From: an uncultured Acidimicrobiaceae bacterium
GTDB taxonomy: Bacteria > Actinomycetota > Acidimicrobiia > Spongiisociales > ZC4RG35
Reading direction: 5' to 3'
NCBI GenBank assembly: GCA_964474055.1
Contig: CAYYRT010000407.1
Span: forward strand, 1,110-65,109
Length of the DNA: 64,000 nucleotides
Within the stretch, counting starts at the first letter, position 1; every line of letters begins with the position of its first letter. Below are positions 47,447-57,321 of the stretch, in pieces. The notes under the pieces were generated by a model that saw only the letters and a program-made list of their open reading frames with translations, ran no database searches and was not told the origin of the DNA. The translations under genes were made by a program, and so were the position numbers.

Positions 47447-48508
47447 ATGGCCATCTACCTCGACTTCTACGGGCTGGAGCGGGCTCCGTTCGGGCCCACC
47501 GCGGACCCGGACTTTCTCTACCTGACCCCCGGACACAAGGAGGCGCTCGCCCAGCTCCTCTACGCCATCCAGGAGAAGAAGGGCTTCATCCTGGTGACCG
47601 CCGAGGTCGGGATGGGCAAGACCACGCTGCTGCAGGCCCTCCGCCACGAGCTCGACAGCACCACCGCGGTGGCCTACGTCTCGAACTCGATGCTGCCCTT
47701 CCCCGGCATCCTCGAGTACATGCTCGAGGAGTTCGAGATCCAGAAGCCCGGCGAGTCCCACGCGCAGCGGCTGGTGGTGCTCCAGAACTTCCTGCTGGAG
47801 CGGCACCGCACCGGCCAGAGCACGGTGCTGATCCTCGACGAGGCGCAGAATCTCTACCCGCAGACGCTCGAGCAGATCCGGCTGCTGTCGAACTTCGAGA
47901 CGACCAAGGAGAAGATCCTCCAGATCGTGCTCGTCGGCCAGCCGGAGCTCCTGGCCCGCCTCGAGCTGCCCGAGCTGCGCCAGCTCAAGCAGCGCATCGG
48001 GATCCTCTGCACGATCCCGGCGATGACCAGCTCGGCGAGCCGGAACTACATCCGGACGCGGCTCCGGCTGGCCGGTGCCCGGGACCTGGGCATCTTCACG
48101 GAGGAGGCGCTGGCCCGCATCTCGTCGCAGGCCGGCGGCATCCCCCGTGTGGTCAACACGGTCTGCGATCATTGCCTGCTGATCGGGTACGCCGATCAGA
48201 CGCGGCGCATCGACGCGGACATCGTGGACCAGGCCCTCTCCTATCTGCACGGCGGCGCGCCCATGCGCTCGCGGCGGCGCGTGCGCGAGCACGACCGCCA
48301 GCTCTCGTCGCCGCGCGTGGCCCGGCGGCGGGCCCGCAGCCGCATGAGCTCCCTCGGCTGGGGTGTGCTCGGCGTGTCCACCGCGGTGGTGGCCGCCGTG
48401 GTCGCGCTCATCTGGACGCATCCCGAGCTCGTGACGGAAGCGCTCCATGTCTCCTCCGAGCACCTCGAGGATCTCGCGCGCGGGCTGCGCTCGCTGGTCG
48501 GCCTGTGA
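47447..48508 (+). CDS. ExeA/GspA-like AAA ATPase (putative secretion ATPase of PEP-CTERM loci).
   Basis: MAIYLDFYGL..PF start, Walker A ..VTAEVGMGKTTLL.., Walker B ..VLILDEAQNL.., ..LQIVLVGQPEL.. Confidence 0.75.
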   Translation: MAIYLDFYGLERAPFGPTADPDFLYLTPGHKEALAQLLYAIQEKKGFILVTAEVGMGKTTLLQALRHELDSTTAVAYVSNSMLPFPGILEYMLEEFEIQKPGESHAQRLVVLQNFLLERHRTGQSTVLILDEAQNLYPQTLEQIRLLSNFETTKEKILQIVLVGQPELLARLELPELRQLKQRIGILCTIPAMTSSASRNYIRTRLRLAGARDLGIFTEEALARISSQAGGIPRVVNTVCDHCLLIGYADQTRRIDADIVDQALSYLHGGAPMRSRRRVREHDRQLSSPRVARRRARSRMSSLGWGVLGVSTAVVAAVVALIWTHPELVTEALHVSSEHLEDLARGLRSLVGL

Positions 48509-49563
48509 GCAAGTTCCAGAAGGCGCTCGAGCAGGCCCAGCGCGACCGGGCTCTCCGCCTGCGCCCGACCCCCGCCCCGCCCAGGGAGGCCCCCGCGGAG
48601 ACCGAGGAGCATGCGGCCCCGGCCCCGGCCGAGCCGCAGAACGGGCATCCGGCCGAATCGCGCGCGGCGTGGCCGGCCCCCCCGCCGCCCCCCGCTCCGC
48701 GCCCGCAGCCGCCGAGCCAGGCGCGGCCGCCGCGGCGCCGGCGCCCGGTCGGGATCACGGAGGCGGTGGATGACCACATGGTGAGCCTCGTGGCCCCGTC
48801 GAGCCTGGAGGCCGAGCAGTACCGGGCCCTGCGCCACGTGGTCGAGCAGAAGCGCCGGACCGAGAACATGTCGATCATCGCGGTCTCGAGCCCGGCGGGC
48901 GGTGACGGCAAGACCACGACCGCGATCAACCTGGCCGGCGCCCTGGCCCAGGCGCCCGACGCGCGGGTGCTGCTGGTCGAGGCGGATCTCCGTCGCCCGT
49001 CCATCGGCGCGCTGCTCGGCCTGGGCGATCCGAACGCGCCCGGCCTGGTCCATGGGATCCTCGACCCCCGCCTCACCCTGGCCGACATCGTCCAGCCGCT
49101 CACCATGTTCAACCTGAGCGTGGTCGTGGCGGGCCAGACGCCGCCGAGCCCGTACGAGGTGCTCAAGTCGCCCCGCCTCGCGGAGCTGCTCGACGAAGCG
49201 CGACGCGACTACGACTTCGTGATCCTCGACACGCCGCCCCTGGTGCCGGTGCAGGATTATCGCGTGATCGCCCGCCTGGTGGACGGCATGGTCCTGGTGG
49301 TCGCGGCGCATCGTACCCCGCGGCCGATGCTGGAGGCCGCGTTCGAGATCCTCGATCCCGCCCGCATGATCGGGCTGGTGTTCAACGGCTACGACCACTT
49401 GCTGGCCGGCCGGAGCATGGGCTATTACGACGGCTACAACGGGCCTCGCTCGGGCCACCGGGGCTCCGCCGCCGGCAGTCCCGGCACTCGACTGGGCCGT
49501 CTCCTGCGCCGCGGGGGCGGGTCCCGGACCAGGAGCCGGCGCGCCGGAGACTCCGAGCCGTGA
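48505..49563 (+). CDS. BY-family protein tyrosine autokinase (EPS / PEP-CTERM locus type).
   Basis: GTG start giving MSKFQKALEQA (typical N-terminus). Pro-rich linker, Walker A SPAGGDGKTT, A' VLLVEADLRRP, Walker B DFVILDTPP, Tyr cluster MGYYDGYNG. Confidence 0.75.
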   Translation: MSKFQKALEQAQRDRALRLRPTPAPPREAPAETEEHAAPAPAEPQNGHPAESRAAWPAPPPPPAPRPQPPSQARPPRRRRPVGITEAVDDHMVSLVAPSSLEAEQYRALRHVVEQKRRTENMSIIAVSSPAGGDGKTTTAINLAGALAQAPDARVLLVEADLRRPSIGALLGLGDPNAPGLVHGILDPRLTLADIVQPLTMFNLSVVVAGQTPPSPYEVLKSPRLAELLDEARRDYDFVILDTPPLVPVQDYRVIARLVDGMVLVVAAHRTPRPMLEAAFEILDPARMIGLVFNGYDHLLAGRSMGYYDGYNGPRSGHRGSAAGSPGTRLGRLLRRGGGSRTRSRRAGDSEP

Positions 49564-50918
49564 GGCTCGCGATCCTCGAAGGCATCGTGCTGTTCCTGGC
49601 GGTGTCCGGGAGCATCTTCGCCTGGGGTCAGCTGCTGATCGTGGACTGGATCGACGTGGGCCAGGCGGTCTGGCAGTCGGCGGCGGTCTCCCTCTGCTGC
49701 ATCGTCGCCTTCTACTACAACGACCTCTACGACCTCCAGGTCGTGCGCAGCTTCAGCCTCTTCGCCTCCCGGCTCCTGCAGTCCTTCGGGGTGGCGCTCA
49801 TCCTCCTGGCCGCCTTCTACACCCTGCTCCCCGCCACCCAGATCGCGGGAGGCCCGTTCTTCTCGAGCCTGCTGGTGAGCGCCGGCCTGCTGGTGCCGCT
49901 GCGGGCCGTCGGCTACTTCTTCATGCGCCACCGCGCCTTTGCCGACCGGGTCCTGATCCTCGGGACCGGTCCGCTCGCCCGGCGGCTCCTGCACGAGATC
50001 GAGGCCCGCCCGAACTTCCGCTACGCCATCGCGGGCGTCGCCGATGACGGGGCCGGCACTGCGGAGGGCGCACTGCCCTACCCGGTGCTGGGACCGCTCG
50101 AGCGGCTCGACAAGATCATCGAGGAAGTGAAGCCGGACCGCATCATCGTCGCCCTCAAGGAGCGGCGGGGCCGGATGCCGGTGAACCAGCTGCTCGAGTG
50201 CGGGGCGCGCGGCATCCTCGTCGAGGACGGCCTGCGGACCTACGAATCGTTCACCGGCAAGCTGCCGATCGAGTCGCTGACGCCGTCCTTCCTCATCTTC
50301 TCGGGGGCCTTCCGCAAGTCCCGCCTGCAGCTCGCGGGCCGGCGCGTCGTGAGCGTGGTGGCCGCCACCGTGGGCCTGCTGGCGGCCTCGCCGCTGATGG
50401 CGCTGATCGCGGCGGCGATCAAGCTCGATTCCCGTGGCCCGGTGCTCTACGTGGACGAGCGCGCGGGGCTCGGGGGCCGGCCCTTCAACCTGCTGAAGTT
50501 CCGCACGATGCATCCGGTCCCGGCGGGCGAGACGGCGGGCGCGTCGGTGTGGGCGCGCGACGACCACTCCCGGATCACCCGGGTCGGCCGCTTCATTCGC
50601 AAGCTCCGCCTCGACGAGCTGCCGCAGTTCTGGAACGTGGTCCAGGGCGACATGGACCTGGTCGGTCCCCGCCCCGAGATCCTGGCCAACGTGCAGCCCA
50701 TGAGCGAGCGGATCCCCTACTACTCGCTCCGGCATTCGGTCCGTCCCGGCCTCACCGGCTGGGCCCAGACCCGCTTCGGCTATTCGGTCAGCCTCGAGCA
50801 GGTCACCGAGAAGATGCGGTACGACCTGTTCTACATCAAGCACATGTCCTTCTGGCTCGACCTGCGGATCCTCGTGGACACGGTCAAGATCATGCTCTTC
50901 GGGCGCGGGGCCCAGTAG
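49560..50918 (+). CDS. Polyprenyl-phosphate sugar phosphotransferase (second priming sugar transferase, EpsB/WbaP-like).
   Basis: ..RLDELPQFWNVVQGDMDLVGPRPE..RPGLTGWAQ.. catalytic motifs and N-terminal TM helices. Confidence 0.85.
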   Translation: MRLAILEGIVLFLAVSGSIFAWGQLLIVDWIDVGQAVWQSAAVSLCCIVAFYYNDLYDLQVVRSFSLFASRLLQSFGVALILLAAFYTLLPATQIAGGPFFSSLLVSAGLLVPLRAVGYFFMRHRAFADRVLILGTGPLARRLLHEIEARPNFRYAIAGVADDGAGTAEGALPYPVLGPLERLDKIIEEVKPDRIIVALKERRGRMPVNQLLECGARGILVEDGLRTYESFTGKLPIESLTPSFLIFSGAFRKSRLQLAGRRVVSVVAATVGLLAASPLMALIAAAIKLDSRGPVLYVDERAGLGGRPFNLLKFRTMHPVPAGETAGASVWARDDHSRITRVGRFIRKLRLDELPQFWNVVQGDMDLVGPRPEILANVQPMSERIPYYSLRHSVRPGLTGWAQTRFGYSVSLEQVTEKMRYDLFYIKHMSFWLDLRILVDTVKIMLFGRGAQ

Positions 50919-50931
50919 CCCCGGTCCCGCC

Positions 50932-52098
50932 GTGAGCTCCGTGGAAGTCCTGTTCTGGGCCTGTTCTCTCCTTGCCGCCCACACGTATCTGCTCTACCCC
51001 GTCTTCCTGCTCGCGGCGTCCTCGCTCGTCCAGGCCTGGCGGGATCTGCGGGCGCCGCGCGACCGGCGGCCGGCCGTGACCGCTCCGGCCGCGCTGCCGC
51101 CCGTCTCGCTGATCGTCCCGGCCCACAACGAGGAGCGCCGCCTGCCCGACAAGCTCGCCAACCTGCGCGCGCTCGACTATCCGCCGGACCGCCTCCAGGT
51201 CGTCTTCGTTTCGGACGGCTCCACCGACGGCACCAACGCGATCCTCGAGGCGGCGGCGGGCGGGCCCATCGAGGCGCTCTACCTGCCGGTCCGGTCCGGG
51301 AAGGCGAGCGCGGTCAACCAGGCGGTCGGCCGGGCCCGCCACGCGATCCTGGTCTTCTCCGACGCCGCCACCCTCTTCGCCCCCGCCGCGGTCAGGACCC
51401 TGGTACGCCACTTCGCCGACCCGCGCGTGGGCGCCGTGTGCGGCGCGCTCCGGTTCGAGGCCAGCGCCGAGTCGCAGCAGACGGAAGGCGTCTACTGGCG
51501 CTACGAGTCCATGCTGCGCCTGCTCGAGTCGCGGCTCGGGGTGACCCTCACCGCGAGCGGGGCCATCTACGCGCTCCGGCGGGAGTGCTTCGTGCCCCTC
51601 CCGGCGGACACGCTCGTGGAGGACCTCCTGGTGCCCGTCAACACCCGCCGCGCGGGCTTTCGCGTGCTCTACGACCCGGACGCCGTCGGCACCGACTTCG
51701 CGCCCGCGACCGTCGCGGGCGAGTTCACCCGCCGGGTCCGCATCGCGACCGGCAGCTTCCGGGCGCTCGGCCAGCTCCTGCGGGGCCCGCTCGACCCGAT
51801 GACCGCGTTCGCCTTCTTCTCGCACAAGCTCCTGCGCTGGGTCCTCCCCTTCCTGCTGCTGGGCATGCTGATCAGCAGCGCCCTGCTGTGGGAGCGGGGC
51901 CTGTACCGCGCCCTGTTCGCCGCGCAGCTCGTGTTCTACGCCTGGGCCCTCCTCGGCTGGGCCTTCCGCCGGCGCGTGCAGGGCGTCCGCTTCGCACTGG
52001 TCGCCTACTACCTGTCGGCCATGCACCTGGCCTTCCTGGTGGGGTTCGTGCGCTTCCTGGCCGGCCATCGCGGCGTGGCGTGGCGCCGGGTCTCGTGA
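50932..52098 (+). CDS. Glycosyltransferase family 2 (membrane-anchored).
   Basis: ..VSLIVPAHNEE..VVFVSDGSTDGT.. and ..LVED.. DxD-type motifs. N- and C-terminal TM helices. Confidence 0.75.
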   Translation: MSSVEVLFWACSLLAAHTYLLYPVFLLAASSLVQAWRDLRAPRDRRPAVTAPAALPPVSLIVPAHNEERRLPDKLANLRALDYPPDRLQVVFVSDGSTDGTNAILEAAAGGPIEALYLPVRSGKASAVNQAVGRARHAILVFSDAATLFAPAAVRTLVRHFADPRVGAVCGALRFEASAESQQTEGVYWRYESMLRLLESRLGVTLTASGAIYALRRECFVPLPADTLVEDLLVPVNTRRAGFRVLYDPDAVGTDFAPATVAGEFTRRVRIATGSFRALGQLLRGPLDPMTAFAFFSHKLLRWVLPFLLLGMLISSALLWERGLYRALFAAQLVFYAWALLGWAFRRRVQGVRFALVAYYLSAMHLAFLVGFVRFLAGHRGVAWRRVS

Positions 52099-52105
52099 GC
52101 CGGCC

Positions 52106-53041
52106 ATGAAGGCGAGGCTCCTCGAGCTCCTGGTCTGCCCCACCTGCAAGGGGGATCTGGCCCTCCGGGCCGATCAGGTCACCCACGGCGAGATCGTCAC
52201 CGGCACGCTCGCCTGCGCTCCGTGCCGGGCCGCCTACCCCGTGGCCGCCGGCATCCCGCGGTTCACCGCCCAGGACGCCTACGCCGAGAGCTTCGGCGAC
52301 GAGTGGCATCGCTTCCGGACCGTCCAGATCGACTCCCTGAACGGCAGGACGGAGTCCGAGGACGGCTTCCGGCGGAAGACCGGGCTCGGCCCCGAGGACC
52401 TGCGCGGCCGCCTGGTCCTGGACGCCGGGGCGGGCGCCGGCCGCTACGCGGAGGTCATGGCCCGGTGGGGCGCCGAGGTGGTCGGGGTGGACCTCACCCG
52501 CGCGGTGGACGCGGCGGCCCAGAACCTGCGCGCCTATCCCACCGCGCACCTGGTGCAGGCCGACATCTTCGCCCTGCCCTTCCGCGACGAGACGTTCGAC
52601 GTGGCGTACTCGATCGGCGTGCTCCACCACACCCCGGACACCGCGGCGGCCTTCCGGCGGGTGGCGGCGCTCGTCAAGAAGGGCGGCCAGCTGGCGGTGT
52701 ACGTGTACCAGGCGGGCGGGCTCATGCGCTACACGTCCGACGCCCTGCGCGTGGTCACCACGCGGCTGCCGCGGCCGGTCGTGTACTGGGGCTCGACCGC
52801 GGCGATCCCGATCTACTACCTGCACCGCCTCCCGGTGGTGGGGCGCGCCCTCGAGGTGCTGCTGCCGACCATCGGGCATCCCCACTGGCGCTGGCGCTGG
52901 CTCGACACCTTCGACTGGTACACGCCGCGGTACCAGTGGAAGCACCGCTATCCGGAGGTGTTCCGCTGGTTCCGGGAGGCCGGCTTCAACCTCGTGCACG
53001 TCGCGGACGAGCCCATCTGCGTGCGCGGGGTGAAGAGCTGA
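52106..53041 (+). CDS. Class I SAM-dependent methyltransferase with an N-terminal Trm112-like zinc ribbon.
   Basis: LLVCPTCKG...CAPCR (Cys4 ribbon). SAM motif I LVLDAGAGAGRYAE and ..AYSIGVLHH.. motif. Confidence 0.7.
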   Translation: MKARLLELLVCPTCKGDLALRADQVTHGEIVTGTLACAPCRAAYPVAAGIPRFTAQDAYAESFGDEWHRFRTVQIDSLNGRTESEDGFRRKTGLGPEDLRGRLVLDAGAGAGRYAEVMARWGAEVVGVDLTRAVDAAAQNLRAYPTAHLVQADIFALPFRDETFDVAYSIGVLHHTPDTAAAFRRVAALVKKGGQLAVYVYQAGGLMRYTSDALRVVTTRLPRPVVYWGSTAAIPIYYLHRLPVVGRALEVLLPTIGHPHWRWRWLDTFDWYTPRYQWKHRYPEVFRWFREAGFNLVHVADEPICVRGVKS

Positions 53042-53043
53042 GC

Positions 53044-54351
53044 ATGCGCAGCAGGCGCCTGCGCTTCCCGGGCAGCGGCCGCCAGGCATTCGCCTACGGC
53101 GGGCTCCTGCTCTTCACGGCCCTGCTCTACCTCCGCCCGAACGAGTGGCTGCCCATCGGCACCTTCCCGATCGTCCGCATCGTCGCGCTGGTCACGCTGG
53201 CCGCCTTCTTCGTGGACCAGCTCACGGCGCGGCGGCCCATCTCCGTGCTCCCGCGGGAGCTGAAGCTGCTGCTGGGAATCACGGGCCTGATGCTGCTCGC
53301 CATTCCGCTCGGCCTGGATCCGGCCGCCAGCTTCGGCGGCTTCAAGAACAACTTCCTCAAGTGCCTGCTGATCTTCATCCTGATGATCAACGTGGTCACG
53401 TCCTACGAGCGTTTGATCCGCCTCCTCGAGGTGACCACGCTCTGCGCCACCTTCATCGCGCTCGGTACGCTGTACGAGTTCGCCGCCGGCCGGAACCTGG
53501 CCCACGGGTACCGGGCCGTCGGGTTCGTGGGCGGGATCTTCGGCAACCCGAATGACCTGGCCCTCGCGCTGAACATCCTCCTGCCCATCGCGATCGCCCT
53601 CACGCTGAGCCGATCCACCCCGGGACAGAAGATGCTCTACGGCGCGTGCAGCGGGCTGCTGGCGATGGCCGTCGTCGCCACCTACTCGCGCGCGGGCTTC
53701 ATGACGCTGGCCGGGCTGTCCGCCGTGCTCCTCTTCCGGTTCCGGCGGAGGTACCCCGCGTTCATCGTGGTCGGAGTGGTCGCGGGCGTGGCCCTCGTGA
53801 TCCTGGCCCCCGGGAGCTTCTGGGAGCGGATCTTCACGATCTTCGACGCGTCGAACAATCCTTCCGCGGCGCAGAGCTCGGAGCTGCGCTGGGCCCTTAT
53901 GTGGCGCGCCCTCGCGGTGGCCGGGTTCAATCCGCAGCGGTGGCTGTTCGGCATCGGCATGTACAACTTCCACATCGTCTCGGTCATGGAGCTGGCCCAG
54001 CACAATGCCTACCTCCAGCTCTTCAACGAGGTCGGGCTGCCGGCGCTCATCCTCTACGTGCTGTTCATCGTGACGGTCATCCGGCACATGGGGCGGATCG
54101 TGAAGCTGTACGAGGGGGTCCGTGCGTATCGCGATGTCTGGGTGATGGCGGTGGGGATCCAGACCGGGCTGATCGCCTACGCGGTGGGCAGCTTCTTCGC
54201 GCCGGTCGTGTACCTCTGGTACCTGTACTACGTGGCGGGATTCGCGGTCTGTCTCAGGCAGGTGGTGGTGGCCGGCAACCGGACGCAGAAGGTCGCCGTT
54301 CCCACGGAGAGCCCTCGACGTGTGTGGTATCTACGGCGCGCTCAGCAGTGA
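53044..54351 (+). CDS. O-antigen ligase / Wzy_C-like polytopic membrane protein (second copy in the window).
   Basis: About 10-12 TM helices, ..ATYSRAGFMTLAGLSAVLL.. loop block analogous to the 17828-19147 protein. Confidence 0.65.
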   Translation: MRSRRLRFPGSGRQAFAYGGLLLFTALLYLRPNEWLPIGTFPIVRIVALVTLAAFFVDQLTARRPISVLPRELKLLLGITGLMLLAIPLGLDPAASFGGFKNNFLKCLLIFILMINVVTSYERLIRLLEVTTLCATFIALGTLYEFAAGRNLAHGYRAVGFVGGIFGNPNDLALALNILLPIAIALTLSRSTPGQKMLYGACSGLLAMAVVATYSRAGFMTLAGLSAVLLFRFRRRYPAFIVVGVVAGVALVILAPGSFWERIFTIFDASNNPSAAQSSELRWALMWRALAVAGFNPQRWLFGIGMYNFHIVSVMELAQHNAYLQLFNEVGLPALILYVLFIVTVIRHMGRIVKLYEGVRAYRDVWVMAVGIQTGLIAYAVGSFFAPVVYLWYLYYVAGFAVCLRQVVVAGNRTQKVAVPTESPRRVWYLRRAQQ

Positions 54352-56179
54352 CCCGGGTCGTCCGGTCGAGGCCGAGCTCCTCGAGCGGATGGGACGGGTT
54401 CTCATGCATCGCGGCCCGGACGGCGGAGGTACGCACCGGTCCGGGCCGCTCGGGATGGGCATGCGCCGCCTCAGCATCATCGACCTCGCCGGCGGCGACC
54501 AGCCCATGGCCAACGAGGACGGCACGATCTGGGTCGTCTACAACGGCGAGATCTACAACTACCGGCTGCTCGCGGCCGACCTCCGGAGCCGCGGCCATCG
54601 CTTCGCGACCTCGTCCGACACCGAGGTGCTGCTCCACCTCTACGAGGAGCACGGCGAGCGCTGCGTCGAGCACCTGCGCGGGATGTTCGCCTTTGCGATC
54701 TGGGACGCGCCGCGGCGCACGCTCTTCCTGGCCCGCGACCGGTTCGGCATCAAGCCGCTCTACTACGCCGTCACGCCGCAGGGGCTGCTCTTCGGATCCG
54801 AGCTGAAGGCGCTGCTCCAGAGCCCGTGGCTGCCGCGCCGGCTCGCCGACGAGGCGCTCCTCGCCTATCTGCAGCACGGCTACGTGCCGGATCCCCAGTC
54901 CATCCTGCAGGGCGTGGTCAAGCTGGCGCCGGGCCACACGCTGCTCGTCGAGGACGGCCGGCCGAGAGAGCCGAAGCGCTACTGGCACGCCACCCCGTTC
55001 CTTCGTGAGAGCGGGGGCGAGCCCGACGAGGGCGAGGCGGCCGAGCGCCTCTGGGCCGGGCTGGAGGACGCGGTCCGATCGCACATGGTGAGCGACGTGC
55101 CGGTCGGGGCGTTCCTCAGCGGCGGGCTCGATTCGAGCGCGGTCGTGTCCATCATGGCGCGCGCGTCGAGCCGGCCGATCAAGACCTTCTCGGTGGGCTT
55201 CCGCGAGGACCGCTACAACGAGCTGCCCCACGCCCGCCAGGCCGCCGAATGGTGCGGTACCGACCACCACGAGCTCATGGTGGAGCCGAACGACCTGAAG
55301 GTTCTCGACGAGATCCTGGGCGGCTTCGACGAGCCCTTCGCCGACTCCTCCGCGATTCCGACGTATCTCGTCTCCCGCCTGGCCCGGGAGCACGTCAAGG
55401 TGGTCCTGTCGGGGGACGGTGGGGACGAGCTGTTCGCCGGCTACGAGCGCTACCAGGTGGACCACAGCCGGCGGCGGCTCGGGCTCCTCGGAGACCTCCA
55501 TCTCGGCGGACCACTCCGGGCTCTCAGCGCGGTGTTGCCGGTCGGGCGCGGCAAGAACACGCTACGCAACCTCTCCCTGCCCCGCGTGCGCCGGTACCTC
55601 GACACGCTCTCGCTGTTTCCCGACGGCCCGCTCACCGAGCTGATCGGACCCGCGCGCGGGGTCCCGGTCAGCCCGCTCGTCGCCATGGTGGATCCGGAGC
55701 TCGATCCCCTGTCCCGCCTCCAGGACCTGGACCTCAAGAGCTACCTGCCCGGCGACATCCTGACCAAGGTCGACCGGATGAGCATGGCCAACTCTCTCGA
55801 GGCGCGGGTGCCGCTGCTGGACCACCATCTGGCCGAGTACGCCTGCGGCCTGCCGCCGGCGATGCGGATGCGCGGAGGGGTGAAGAAGTACCTGCTCAAG
55901 CGCGCGCTCCGCGGTCGGATCCCGGCGGAGCTGCTCACCCGCCCCAAGCAGGGCTTCGGCGTCCCGCTGGAGTCCTGGTTCTCGGGAAGCATCCGGGGCT
56001 TCTTCCGCGACCGCCTGGGCGACGGAAGTCGCCTGGCCGCCATCGGCATCCAGGCGCAGGGCCTCCGGACGCTGCAGGAGCGCTTCGAGCAGACCGGCCG
56101 GCGCGACTATTGCGACCGCCTCTGGGCCCTGGTCGTGCTCGACCATTCGGTGCAGCGGCTCTTCGGGGCGGCCGCATGA
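54320..56179 (+). CDS. asnB: Asparagine synthetase (glutamine-hydrolysing) family amidotransferase.
   Basis: GTG start then CGIYG, HRGPDGGG, RLSIIDL, YNGEIYNY, PP-loop AFLSGGLDSS. Confidence 0.85.
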   Translation: MCGIYGALSSDPGRPVEAELLERMGRVLMHRGPDGGGTHRSGPLGMGMRRLSIIDLAGGDQPMANEDGTIWVVYNGEIYNYRLLAADLRSRGHRFATSSDTEVLLHLYEEHGERCVEHLRGMFAFAIWDAPRRTLFLARDRFGIKPLYYAVTPQGLLFGSELKALLQSPWLPRRLADEALLAYLQHGYVPDPQSILQGVVKLAPGHTLLVEDGRPREPKRYWHATPFLRESGGEPDEGEAAERLWAGLEDAVRSHMVSDVPVGAFLSGGLDSSAVVSIMARASSRPIKTFSVGFREDRYNELPHARQAAEWCGTDHHELMVEPNDLKVLDEILGGFDEPFADSSAIPTYLVSRLAREHVKVVLSGDGGDELFAGYERYQVDHSRRRLGLLGDLHLGGPLRALSAVLPVGRGKNTLRNLSLPRVRRYLDTLSLFPDGPLTELIGPARGVPVSPLVAMVDPELDPLSRLQDLDLKSYLPGDILTKVDRMSMANSLEARVPLLDHHLAEYACGLPPAMRMRGGVKKYLLKRALRGRIPAELLTRPKQGFGVPLESWFSGSIRGFFRDRLGDGSRLAAIGIQAQGLRTLQERFEQTGRRDYCDRLWALVVLDHSVQRLFGAAA

Positions 56180-57321
56180 CGCATCCTCCGCACGGCGTGC
56201 TGCTCATGGGCGACACGCTCAACCTCGGCGGGACCGAGGGGCAGTTCGTCGAGGTCGCGTGCGGTCTCGATCGCTCGCGCTGGCGCCTCGAGGTCGCCTG
56301 CATCCGGGCCGAGGGCCCGCTGCGGGCCCGCCTGACGGGGGCCGGGATCGAGCCGTGGAGCTGCAACGGCACCTCGTTCTCGTCGCCCCGGTTCATGGCG
56401 ACGATCCTCGGCCTCGCGCGGCGGATGAAGACCCTGCGCATCGACCTGGTCCATTCCTTCGACTTCTACGGCAACCTGCTCGCGCTCCCCGCGGCCCGGA
56501 TCGCGCGCGTGCCCGTCATCATCGCGAGCCAGCGGGACCTGGGCGAGCTGCGGCCCAGGCACCAGCACCGCATCCACGGCGGGATGCTCCGCCTGGCCAC
56601 CCATATCACGGTGAACTCGTCGGCGGTCGCGGATCGGCTGAGCGGGAGCCGGGCGGCGCGCGCCGGCCGCTTGACCGTCATCCACAACGGCGTGGACGTG
56701 GCGCGCTTCGCCCCCGCGAGCGCTCCGCCCGTCGCGGAGACGCTGCAGGTCGGGTCCCTCGCCAGCCTGCGCGGCTACAAGGGCGTGCGCGAGCTGGTGG
56801 AGGCCGCCGCCGAGGTGAAGCGCTCCGCCCCGCGCGTCCGCTTCGTGGTCTGGGGCGAGGGCCCGCTCCGGGCCGAGCTCGAGCGCCGCATCCAGGCGCT
56901 GGGCCTGTCGGACACCGTGCGCCTGCCCGGCGCCACCCGAGAGCCCGAGGCCGCCCTCCGCCAGTGCCGGATCTTCGTGCACCCTTCCCTCAGCGAGGCC
57001 TCGTCCAACGTGGTGCTCGAGGCCATGGCGACCGGGTTGCCGGTCGTCGCCACCACCGCCGGCGGGACCCCCGCCCTGGTCCAGCACGGCCACTCGGGGT
57101 TGCTCGTGGCGCCGGGCACCCCTGCCGCGCTGGCCGCCGCCGTGCTCTCGCTGGTCTCGGATCCATCGCTCGCGGCCCGGCTCGGCGCGGCGGCGCGGCT
57201 CCGCGCGGTCGGCGAGTTCGGCATGGACCGGATGCTCCAGCGTCTCGAGGCGCTCTACCTGCACGCGCTCGGCGTGGATCCGCAGCCGTCGGTCGGAGTC
57301 GGCGCGGTGGCCCGGTCATGA
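56176..57321 (+). CDS. Glycosyltransferase family 4.
   Basis: GT4 C-terminal ..EASSNVVLEAMATGLPVVATTAGG.. ATGA overlap with the upstream gene. Confidence 0.75.
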   Translation: MTHPPHGVLLMGDTLNLGGTEGQFVEVACGLDRSRWRLEVACIRAEGPLRARLTGAGIEPWSCNGTSFSSPRFMATILGLARRMKTLRIDLVHSFDFYGNLLALPAARIARVPVIIASQRDLGELRPRHQHRIHGGMLRLATHITVNSSAVADRLSGSRAARAGRLTVIHNGVDVARFAPASAPPVAETLQVGSLASLRGYKGVRELVEAAAEVKRSAPRVRFVVWGEGPLRAELERRIQALGLSDTVRLPGATREPEAALRQCRIFVHPSLSEASSNVVLEAMATGLPVVATTAGGTPALVQHGHSGLLVAPGTPAALAAAVLSLVSDPSLAARLGAAARLRAVGEFGMDRMLQRLEALYLHALGVDPQPSVGVGAVARS

